Shown: positions 30,551 through 38,560 of the stretch, one piece after another
Layout of the letters: every line of letters starts with the position of its first letter
Position numbering within the stretch: position 1 is the stretch's first letter
Origin: Nitrospirota bacterium
Lineage (GTDB): Bacteria; Nitrospirota; UBA9217
Length of the DNA: 64,000 bases
Reading direction: 5' to 3'
Assembly (NCBI GenBank): GCA_963818475.1
Contig: CAWFSF010000006.1
Coordinates: forward strand, 992,001-1,056,000
Program-made: the position numbers and the translations under genes
The notes under the pieces: model-generated
What the model was told of the DNA's origin: nothing
The model's database searches: none
What the model saw: only the letters and a program-made list of their open reading frames with translations

Positions 30551-31861
30551 ATGAAAACATACCACATTATCACCTTTGGCTGCCAGATGAACGAGCACGA
30601 CTCCGAACGAATGGCCGGCATCCTGAAAGGCCAGGAATACGTTCAGGCGACTGATGCTGCGACTGCGGATGTGATCATATTAAATACCTGCAGCATTCGG
30701 GAAAAAGCGGAGCAGAAATTCTACAGCGAACTGGGACGCCTGCGGACCTTAAAGCAGGAGCGGCCTGAACTTACGATCGCGGTTGCCGGATGCATTGCCC
30801 AGCAGGAAGGGAGGAAGATCCTGTCCCGTGCGCCGTATGTGGATATGATCTTCGGCCCATCTGATGTGGCAAGAGTGTCTGAACTGTCACAATTTGCGAA
30901 TACCTGGAAAAATCCGCTTATTGAGGTCGATGGTGATCCGGACTATCACCGGAAACAGATCCCGACGCAGCGCACCGACCGGCAGAAGGCCTGGGTCTCG
31001 ATCATGTATGGTTGCGATAATTTTTGCACCTATTGTATTGTGCCTTATCTGCGGGGGCGGGAACGCTCCCGTCCGCCAGCGGACGTTGTCAGCGAGGTCC
31101 GCGAGTTGGCAGAACAAGGCTATAAAGAAGTGACACTGCTCGGCCAGAACGTGAATTCCTATGGAAAAGGGGGGCACGATTCAGCGGATTTCCCGGGTTT
31201 GCTTGCCATGCTGAATGACGTTCCCGGCATAGAGCGTATCAGATTTGTCACGTCTCATCCCCGCGACCTGTCAGCAGAGCTCATCATGGCACTTCGAGAC
31301 CTGCCAAAGGTGTGCGAGTCCCTGCACCTGCCCGTGCAAAGCGGTGCGGACCCGATTCTGGCTGCCATGAACAGAAAATACACCCGCGCTGACTATCTGG
31401 ACCGCATACAACGGCTCCGTACCGCAGTTCCGCAAATCGCGCTTACTTCCGACATTATTGTGGGTTTTCCCGGTGAAACTGAGCAGGATTTTTCCCTGAC
31501 CCTGCGGATGCTTCGCGAAGTTGAGTATGACGGTGTTTTTGCATTCAAGTATTCAAAACGGCCAGGCACCGCCGCACTTTCCTTGTCCGGCCATCTTCCT
31601 GATGATGTCAAGGAAGCACGGCTGGCTCAGGTGCTGGACCTTCAGAAAGAGATCTCGCGCAGAAAAAATGCCGCTGCTGTCGGCATGATCTTCGAAGTTC
31701 TTGTTGACGGGCAGAGCAGGAAGGGCGGGCAGCTCACGGGCAGGACGCGCGGCAACAAAGCGGTTAATTTTAACGGTCAGGATTCCCTGATAGGACAACT
31801 CGTCATGGTCCGAGTTACTGATGCCGGGGAAAGTTCGCTGAGCGGTGAAGTATGCGCGTAG
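30551..31861 (+). CDS. miaB: tRNA ms2i6A37 methylthiotransferase
   Basis: TFGCQMNEHDSE, NTCSIREKAE, CDNFCTYC, TSHP, TRAM domain. Confidence 0.96.
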   Translation: MKTYHIITFGCQMNEHDSERMAGILKGQEYVQATDAATADVIILNTCSIREKAEQKFYSELGRLRTLKQERPELTIAVAGCIAQQEGRKILSRAPYVDMIFGPSDVARVSELSQFANTWKNPLIEVDGDPDYHRKQIPTQRTDRQKAWVSIMYGCDNFCTYCIVPYLRGRERSRPPADVVSEVRELAEQGYKEVTLLGQNVNSYGKGGHDSADFPGLLAMLNDVPGIERIRFVTSHPRDLSAELIMALRDLPKVCESLHLPVQSGADPILAAMNRKYTRADYLDRIQRLRTAVPQIALTSDIIVGFPGETEQDFSLTLRMLREVEYDGVFAFKYSKRPGTAALSLSGHLPDDVKEARLAQVLDLQKEISRRKNAAAVGMIFEVLVDGQSRKGGQLTGRTRGNKAVNFNGQDSLIGQLVMVRVTDAGESSLSGEVCA

Positions 31862-33120
31862 CCTTTACGACCCTGGGATGCAAGATCAATCAGTATGAAA
31901 CGGATGCAATCCGGCAGGAAATGGTATCGCGCGGAAATACGGTGGTTCCCTTCGAAGCTGAAGCCGATGTTTACATCATTAACACCTGCACGGTAACCGC
32001 AAAGAGCGATTATACCTGTCGACAGGCGATCCGCGCTGCGACACGCAGAAGGAAAGGGGCGAGGGTCGTCGTGACCGGCTGTTATGCCGAGACCCGCCCC
32101 CAGGACATCCTTACCATCCCCGGCGTGGAAAGGGTGATAGGGAACAGGGACAAACTGTCAATTCCTGAATATCTCGCCTCGTCCTCTTCAGAAGGTTTTG
32201 TTCATGCCGCAAAGGACCTTCCCGCGCAGACCGTGCGGGAAAAAACACGCGGATTTCTGAAGATCCAGGACGGATGCAACAACCGCTGCTCCTATTGCAT
32301 CGTTCCCTCTGCCCGCGGCAAGTCACGCAGTGCGGCCCCTGCAGGCATAATGGACGAGTTCGAAAGAATGGTCAATGCTGGTTGTCCTGAAGTTGTGCTG
32401 ACCGGCATCCATATCGGGACCTATGGGGCGGATCTGGAGCCGTGTACGAACCTTACCGGGCTGATAGCCAGGATCGTCAAAGGGCGTGGCACTGCGAGAG
32501 TGAGGCTCAGTTCCATAGAGCCCCGAGAGCTCACCCCGGGAATCATTGAATTGATTGGTAAGGGATTGTGCCGGCATTTGCATATACCGCTCCAGAGTGG
32601 AGACGATACGATCCTGAAGGGTATGAAGAGGGATTACAGCGCCGAATTTTACCATGATCTGCTCGCAGCTATTTCAAAAAAGATCCCTGGCATCGCTCTT
32701 GGCGCCGATGTGATCGTGGGGTTCCCCGGGGAAGGGGAACAGCAATTTCAAAATACCCTTCGTTTCATCGAGGCTTCACCACTTACCCACTTGCATGTTT
32801 TCAGTTATTCACCTCGTCCCGGCACACCGGCGGCTGACATGGCTGATCAGGTGCCTGAAGGAGTGAAGAAAAAGAGAAGTGAGATCCTGCGGCGCCTTGG
32901 TAAGGAAAAGAACTATGTTTTTAGAAAAAAAATGCTCGATACGGAACTCAATGTAGTGGTAGAAGCAGGTACTGATGCCTCAAATGGGATGCTGACAGGA
33001 CTTACCGATAATTACATACGAGTGTTCATCGAAGATATTGACGCTGATCAGATAGGCCGGGAAATTCCGGTGAGGATTACTAAAGTAGACAGCAAATCAA
33101 CTACTTCCGAGGCATTGTAA
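31852..33120 (+). CDS. mtaB: tRNA ms2t6A37 methylthiotransferase
   Basis: TLGCKINQYET, NTCTVT, KIQDGCNNRCSYC, RLSSIEP. Confidence 0.94.
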   Translation: MRVAFTTLGCKINQYETDAIRQEMVSRGNTVVPFEAEADVYIINTCTVTAKSDYTCRQAIRAATRRRKGARVVVTGCYAETRPQDILTIPGVERVIGNRDKLSIPEYLASSSSEGFVHAAKDLPAQTVREKTRGFLKIQDGCNNRCSYCIVPSARGKSRSAAPAGIMDEFERMVNAGCPEVVLTGIHIGTYGADLEPCTNLTGLIARIVKGRGTARVRLSSIEPRELTPGIIELIGKGLCRHLHIPLQSGDDTILKGMKRDYSAEFYHDLLAAISKKIPGIALGADVIVGFPGEGEQQFQNTLRFIEASPLTHLHVFSYSPRPGTPAADMADQVPEGVKKKRSEILRRLGKEKNYVFRKKMLDTELNVVVEAGTDASNGMLTGLTDNYIRVFIEDIDADQIGREIPVRITKVDSKSTTSEAL

Positions 33121-33290
33121 ATCCCGCCATAACCAGTCACTTTATGAAAATAGCGGATGGACTGTTTAAATCAACTAGTTTTCTCTACCAAAAACCAAAA
33201 AATTGATAACGTATTGATATACTTTGAATAAATATGATTAAATAATGTGCAACTTGCATCATATACGCTTAAAAAGCGTCCCAAAAAAAG

Positions 33291-33401
33291 GTTTCCACAG
33301 AGTTAGTAACAGGTTATCCACAGGTTTTGTGAAGATGTATCGTAACTATACAGTAATTAATAGCTTTTAATACTTTACTCTCCCTGATGTTCATATCCAC
33401 G
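33291..33401. promoter_or_regulatory. DnaA-box cluster in an AT-rich convergent intergenic region
   Basis: Perfect TTATCCACA at 33314-33322; degenerate boxes at 33291, 33303, 33328 (reverse) and 33393. Confidence 0.5.
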
Positions 33402-33446
33402 AGATTGTTGATCATCAAACTCGACCTTTCCGGTCGCAACGAATAG

Positions 33447-34541
33447 CTAAAAGTTACTCTCTTCTACTTTTAAAATTTTATATACCGTGTCGCGCTGCGC
33501 GGCGGTGTATCCTGCATCCTTAATTAAATTGATGATTTCCTGCTTTGTCATCCTGAAGGTAATGCCGGCTGCAGCCACAACATTCTCTTCAAGCATGGTA
33601 CTTCCAAAATCATTGGCTCCGAACTCGAGCGCCACCTGGGCTATTTTAGCTCCCTGCGTTACCCAAGACGCCTGGATATTGTCAAAATTGTCGAGCATGA
33701 TCCGCGATACGGCAAGAACCTTAAGATAGTCGATGGCAGTAGCAGATCTGCCGCCTAGTTCAGTATTACCCGGCTGGTAGGTCCAGGGGATGAAGGCGGT
33801 AAAACCCTTCTTTTCGTCCTGGATATCCCTCAGTCTCACGAGATGCTCAATTATTTCCGTCTGAGATTCAATACTTCCGAACATCATGGTGGCTGTTGTC
33901 GGCATATCGAGCCGGTGGGCAGCTCTCATGACATCTGCCCATTCGCTCCAGCGTATTTTGTTTGGACTTACTTTTTCCCTCACACGATCGACGAGGATCT
34001 CAGCGCCGGCACCCGGAATAGAATCGAGGCCTGCTGCTTTCAGGCGTTGCAGCGCCTCGGGTATCGTGATTTGTGCGCGCTTGGCGATATAGGAGATCTC
34101 TGATGGTGAAAGGGAATGGACCTGAATAGTAAATCTTGATTTTATAGCGGAGAAAAGCTCTTCAAAATACTCTATACCGAGATCGGGATGCACGCCTCCC
34201 TGCATCAGGATCTGCGTACCTCCCTGGGCGATCGTTTCTTCTATTTTGCTGAACAGCTCCTGCTTCGAGAGCACATAGGCATCAGGGCTGTCTGCTTCCC
34301 GATAAAATGCGCAGAATTTGCACTTGTTAACGCAGATATTCGTGTAATTGATATTTCTGTCTATGATAAAGGTGACGATCCGATCGGGATGGAGCCTTTT
34401 CCGCACAGTATTTGCCAGCTCTCCCAAGGTTAGGAGATCAACGTGTTGGAGTAAGAAAAGGCCTTCCGAACTATCGAGACGCCTGCCATCGGCCACCTTC
34501 CTGGTTATGACGTTCATACTGTCCATGGAGGGATTTTTCAA
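33447..34541 (-). CDS. mqnC: Cyclic dehypoxanthine futalosine synthase (CofH-like radical SAM)
   Basis: IDRNINYTN.C...C.FC, QGG.HP, TAFIPW, QASWVTQG, DFGSTMLEENVV. Confidence 0.93.
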   Translation of the reverse strand: MKNPSMDSMNVITRKVADGRRLDSSEGLFLLQHVDLLTLGELANTVRKRLHPDRIVTFIIDRNINYTNICVNKCKFCAFYREADSPDAYVLSKQELFSKIEETIAQGGTQILMQGGVHPDLGIEYFEELFSAIKSRFTIQVHSLSPSEISYIAKRAQITIPEALQRLKAAGLDSIPGAGAEILVDRVREKVSPNKIRWSEWADVMRAAHRLDMPTTATMMFGSIESQTEIIEHLVRLRDIQDEKKGFTAFIPWTYQPGNTELGGRSATAIDYLKVLAVSRIMLDNFDNIQASWVTQGAKIAQVALEFGANDFGSTMLEENVVAAAGITFRMTKQEIINLIKDAGYTAAQRDTVYKILKVEESNF

Positions 34542-34542
34542 G

Positions 34543-35616
34543 CTAGTCCCAGACCTTTATTTCGTTATAGAGGGTGTCCCGTTCAACCGGTATACGGCCG
34601 GCCTGCCGGATCAAGTACACGATATCCGTCATCGTCATGCTCCCGTCAGTGGTCCCGCCCGCGGCCTTGGTGATGCGTTCTTCAACTACGGTCCCGTCAA
34701 GATCATCAACGCCGAAGTTCAGCGATACCTGGGCGATCTTTTCCCCGAGCATGACCCAATACGCCTTGATATGGTCGAAATTGTCGAGCATCAGGCGTGA
34801 AATGGAGAGTGTCTTGAGGTCGTCGAAACCCGTGGTATAGGCGGACTTCTTGATCTCCGTGTTTTGTGAATGGAAACTGAGGGGAATGAATGCCTGAAAT
34901 CCGTTGGTTTGGTCCTGCAGTTCTCGCAGTCTGATCAAGTGATCGATACGATGTTCTGAGGTCTCAATATGGCCGTAGAGCATGGTGGCATTTGATTTTA
35001 AGCCGATCCGGTGCGCAGCCTCGATCACTTCAAGCCAACGGGTGCCGCTTATTTTTTCCGCACATAACGTATTTCTGACAGTGCTGTCGAATATTTCGGC
35101 GCCGCCGCCCGGCAGAGACCCGAGCCCGGCATCGCGAAGCTTAAGGAGCGTCTCCTGAAGACTCATCCCGGATAATTTTACCAGGTAGTCGATCTCAACT
35201 GCGGTAAAGGCTTTGATATGGATCAGGGGAAATTCGGCTTTGAGCGCTCGCAGCATGTCCAGGTACCATGTAAAGGGCAGGTCTGGGTGAAGTCCCGAAA
35301 CGATATGCAGTTCACGCACGTTCTTTTCAGCTCCACGTGCCTTGCACAGGATATCGTCTATGCTCATCTCGTACGCGCCCGGTTCGCCTTTACTCCGGCT
35401 GAATGCGCAGAATTTACATCGGTTAACGCAGATATTGGTGGGGTTAATATGCATGTTCTGGACGAAGAAGACCTTGTTGCCGTTCTTTCTTTGCGCAACA
35501 TGGCTTGCCATGCGTCCCAGCGTCAGCAGATCGGCGGATCTGAAGAGCTCAATACCGTCTTCGCGCGTTAGACGGGTGTTGGAAAAGACTTTTTCTTTGA
35601 TCGTATCAAGACTCAT
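34543..35616 (-). CDS. mqnE: Aminofutalosine synthase (radical SAM)
   Basis: HINPTN.C, HIKAFTAVE, SNATMLYGHIE, HIKAYW, DDLDGTV.EE. Confidence 0.93.
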   Translation of the reverse strand: MSLDTIKEKVFSNTRLTREDGIELFRSADLLTLGRMASHVAQRKNGNKVFFVQNMHINPTNICVNRCKFCAFSRSKGEPGAYEMSIDDILCKARGAEKNVRELHIVSGLHPDLPFTWYLDMLRALKAEFPLIHIKAFTAVEIDYLVKLSGMSLQETLLKLRDAGLGSLPGGGAEIFDSTVRNTLCAEKISGTRWLEVIEAAHRIGLKSNATMLYGHIETSEHRIDHLIRLRELQDQTNGFQAFIPLSFHSQNTEIKKSAYTTGFDDLKTLSISRLMLDNFDHIKAYWVMLGEKIAQVSLNFGVDDLDGTVVEERITKAAGGTTDGSMTMTDIVYLIRQAGRIPVERDTLYNEIKVWD

Positions 35617-35690
35617 GGTTCGTTCATTTACCCGGCGGCAGGGGAGACCGCAGTTTTTCAGTTTAAGGTAGCAGGGGGCATATGATTTTG

Positions 35691-36953
35691 TTACGTGCGT
35701 ATGTTGCTTTCGTATATGATCCTGCCGTTCACCATGCTCATGATACAGGATTTTGTCTCCCTGAGCAAGTCATAATGGAAGTCACCGGAACTCCTGTTCG
35801 GTAATGAGACCGCAATGATATCAGCTTTCCTGCCAGGAGTAAGGGACCCGACATTGTCAGCCATGCCAAGGGCCTTTGCTCCGCCTCTGGTCGCCAGTTC
35901 CATGACGGTACGCGCCTGAATCCCGTCTCTCTTGTGGGACTGGAAGGCATACCTCATTTCGTCCCAGAGATTAAGGCTCGGAGAACTGGCCAGGCTGTCT
36001 GTCCCGAGACCGACCGTTATTCCGGCAGCGAGAAATTTATGCAGCGGCATTCTGCCGACGCCTGTTTCACGATTGCTTCTGGGGCAGTGTGCAACGGGGG
36101 TTCCCGATTTCCCGATGAGTTTTATATCACGGTCTGATGCATGAACTGCATGTACTGCCAGAAAGGAGGGGCCGAGCAGGCCCAGGTTGTAGAGATATTC
36201 AAACGGAGACGCCCCTGACGGCGACCAGGAGCGGTCCCAGCCTGCAGCCTTGTAGAGCTTGTCAAACCCGCTTTTTCGTCCCTGAAGCAGGTTTAGCTCA
36301 TCGCGAGACTCGGCTACATGCATGCAAAGAGGCAGGTTTTTCATTCTGGCAACCTTACCGAGATGGAGCAGGACCGCTGTTGAGACCGTATGAGGAGCAT
36401 GGGGTGAGAGTCCCATTCTTATGCAGGCAGTCTCGCGAGAAAGGACATGGTTTATACGGGACAAAAGACCGGGTACGCTGCCACGGACACCCGGAGCAAC
36501 GTTTTGGCTCATATCAATGAACTCATGAAAGATCCGCGCCCTCATGCGCGATCGTTTCAGGATGCCGGGGCTCGCTCCCTGTGTGCATATTTCGCCGACA
36601 CAGGTGGTGCCGCTTTTGATGATGGCCCCGACGTTTTTAGATGCCGTTGTGTAATAGTCTCGATCATGGAGCGATCTTTTTGCTTTGATCAGGTTCAATA
36701 CCCAATCAGGGAAAGCCCTGGCCTGTATAGATTCGAGCAAAGGCGGCAGTTCAAGGTGGGTATGAACATTGATCAGGCCGGGCATAAGAACAGCATTGGG
36801 TAACGCACGGACGGAGTGACCTGAGTATCTCTTTAATAGACGTTTGGCAGGTCCGACAGCGATGATCGTACCGCGGTTTATGACGACAGCACCATTAACC
36901 AGCGGTGCCGTGCCACGCTGCATAGTCAGGATTATTTGAGCAGTTAATATCAT
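35691..36953 (-). CDS. Metal-dependent amidohydrolase (probable aminofutalosine or 5'-deoxyadenosine deaminase)
   Basis: PGLIN.HTHLE, SPHAP, H.AES..E, HCPRSN, LGTDS; co-oriented upstream of mqnE-mqnC. Confidence 0.8.
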   Translation of the reverse strand: MILTAQIILTMQRGTAPLVNGAVVINRGTIIAVGPAKRLLKRYSGHSVRALPNAVLMPGLINVHTHLELPPLLESIQARAFPDWVLNLIKAKRSLHDRDYYTTASKNVGAIIKSGTTCVGEICTQGASPGILKRSRMRARIFHEFIDMSQNVAPGVRGSVPGLLSRINHVLSRETACIRMGLSPHAPHTVSTAVLLHLGKVARMKNLPLCMHVAESRDELNLLQGRKSGFDKLYKAAGWDRSWSPSGASPFEYLYNLGLLGPSFLAVHAVHASDRDIKLIGKSGTPVAHCPRSNRETGVGRMPLHKFLAAGITVGLGTDSLASSPSLNLWDEMRYAFQSHKRDGIQARTVMELATRGGAKALGMADNVGSLTPGRKADIIAVSLPNRSSGDFHYDLLRETKSCIMSMVNGRIIYESNIRT

Positions 36954-37049
36954 TGAGAAGTGGTCAGTTCAGCGGCAGTTACCACAATCCAGCAGACCTG
37001 AAAGAGGGCAACGCCTGCCGATTACAACAAAATAAGCATTTTTTTTACG

Positions 37050-37077
37050 ATTTGACATAATATACAGAGTTAGGGAT
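37050..37077 (-). other. Half-degenerate dif copy (att junction)
   Basis: ATTTGACATAA-TATACA followed by non-canonical GAGTTAGGGAT in place of the XerC arm. Confidence 0.8.
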
Positions 37078-37101
37078 TCCGGAAAAGTAGGGGATCTTTT
37101 A

Positions 37102-37155
37102 CCGTGGGAGACCGGCAGGGGGTCCCGCTTGCGGGTTCCTGCCGGTCTTCCACGG
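37102..37155. repeat. Long GC-rich hairpin
   Basis: CCGTGGGAGACCGGCAGG...CCCGC-TT-GCGGG...CCTGCCGGTCTTCCACGG. Confidence 0.85.
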
Positions 37156-37196
37156 ATGGGTATTTCATGTTTTTGGTTTTTGGTTTATGGTTTTGT

Positions 37197-37248
37197 CTCT
37201 AGGTACACTTGTTCCGGGTAGTAACACCGGAACAAACTGCACCTAGAG
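37197..37248. other. Putative rolling-circle double-strand origin / nick-site hairpin
   Basis: CTCTAGGT..TTGTTCCGG-GTAGTAACA-CCGGAACAA..ACCTAGAG; resembles the Rep_trans (pT181-type) CCGG..T/AA..CCGG dso. Confidence 0.6.
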
Positions 37249-37265
37249 TGCAGTGCCATCAATAA

Positions 37266-37278
37266 AATCAATGACTTA
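37266..37278 (+). promoter_or_regulatory. IHF-binding consensus site
   Basis: AATCAATGACTTA matches WATCAANNNNTTR. Confidence 0.55.
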
Positions 37279-37305
37279 TGCGCTAGTTTTGGGAATTGAA
37301 TTATT

Positions 37306-37611
37306 TCAATTACTTGGCTTTACTTTTTTTTGGTTTCGTTTTTGGTTTTCGACGGCTTTTAGCATCATTTCGTAGTACGGTTTTATGTGATCTGCTGCTG
37401 TCGTGTAGTTGGCGATCACGAGGGCTTTTTCGGGCTCTTCGTTGATCAGCTCAGCGAGTCTGATTGCTACTGCATCATTGCAGGTTGTTTCCTGATGGTA
37501 AACCCTTAGAAGGTAGTTGCCCTGGGCTCCGATCAGCTGCGCTAATTTGGTTGTTGTTTTGATGCCTAGCTTTTTCTTTGCGTCATCGATGTATCGAGTC
37601 ATTGTTATCAT
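37306..37611 (-). CDS. HTH repressor-like protein resembling filamentous-phage repressors (DUF3693-like)
   Basis: YIDDAKKKLGI....LAQLIG...AIRLAELINEEPEKAL pattern; AAGGAG RBS; family assignment is by eye. Confidence 0.65.
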   Translation of the reverse strand: MITMTRYIDDAKKKLGIKTTTKLAQLIGAQGNYLLRVYHQETTCNDAVAIRLAELINEEPEKALVIANYTTAADHIKPYYEMMLKAVENQKRNQKKVKPSN

Positions 37612-37852
37612 ACTTTCTCCTTTTTTGTCAAATTTATTTATCAAAAAATTGGTGGCCTTTTTTTGATTTTATAGTTTACACTCTTAATCGTTGCTTACAG
37701 CTGCCGGGTTTTGCTGCTTCTGCCAGCCGGATTTATCGCTTCCCCGGCTGGCCTTTTTGTCTCTGCTTCTTTGTAGCTTTGCCGAAGTATGACTTGTCAT
37801 ACTTGTATTACGTTCGAGGAACGGTAGCGGGACTTACGCTTGCTTTTTCCTT

Positions 37853-38245
37853 TCACCCTAACTGCGCCGTGGTAGTAGCCGCTTGGTAAAATTTCCGACC
37901 GCTCGAAACATAAATTTTTGCGTCACTATAGCCAATTCCAAAATCTTGCTTGATGCACTGCAGGGCCTTTGCCTTGTCGCCGGCGCATCCGTTGCCCAGG
38001 TGTTCCTGGAAGCGGGAGAATACCTCGAGCGATTTTCGCTTGAAGTTTTCCTGTCTTCGCTTTACGTCTACCTGGTCTCTTGCTGCTTCAACGGCTTTTG
38101 CAAAGACGATCTTTGTACGTATGCCTCTGGAGAGGTCAAGAAGGGTGTTTAAAGCGAAGATAAGGTCTTTGATTATCTCTGGGTCGGCTTGAAGTGTGAT
38201 TTTGCCGTTGTCGCTGCCTAGCGTGAAGATATCGGGGTATGACAT
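37853..38245 (-). CDS. Hypothetical protein of the dif-integrated element
   Basis: 130-aa ORF with GGAGG RBS; no family recognised. Confidence 0.65.
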   Translation of the reverse strand: MSYPDIFTLGSDNGKITLQADPEIIKDLIFALNTLLDLSRGIRTKIVFAKAVEAARDQVDVKRRQENFKRKSLEVFSRFQEHLGNGCAGDKAKALQCIKQDFGIGYSDAKIYVSSGRKFYQAATTTAQLG

Positions 38246-38289
38246 TTTGGGCCTCCAAAGGTTCCGGCCCTGTAACACCTGTCATTACG

Positions 38290-38317
38290 ATTTGACATAA
38301 TATACATTATCAGACAA
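38290..38317 (-). other. dif: Chromosomal dif site (XerC/XerD)
   Basis: Minus strand TTGTCTGATAA-TGTATA-TTATGTCAAAT versus E. coli GGTGCGCATAA-TGTATA-TTATGTTAAAT. Confidence 0.9.
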
Positions 38318-38560
38318 TTAATAAATTAAACCAATACATTTAAATATCACTATTAATATATTGTAATAACGCGGCAATTTATATCTTTAATATGTTAATT
38401 ATCTGGTTTAACTTTACTGCTTTGGTCCTGTGGTAGTCTCGCACTTAGTTTGCCATTGCCCTCATTGTGAGCGCGAATCCGATGATGCTGCCAACGAAAT
38501 TGCTTTGGTATATGAAGGTTTCAGCGGCGTCTCGCAAAACCGCAACTGCGGCGGTCAAGG

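Larger units (their letters stand above)
37045..38306. mobile_element. ~1.24-kb dif-integrated (IMEX-like) non-autonomous element
   Basis: 22-bp direct repeat TTACGATTTGACATAATATACA at 37045-37066 and 38285-38306 (XerD arm plus dif core); internal hairpins; inovirus-type repressor. Confidence 0.8.

Noticed and set aside
33121-33446. Definite oriC call
   Set aside because: Only one perfect DnaA box, no dnaA/dnaN/gidA nearby, convergent gene orientation and an adjacent dif; kept only as a box cluster.
37045-38306. Complete filamentous prophage
   Set aside because: Too short; no Zot/pI, coat, SSB or Rep ORF.
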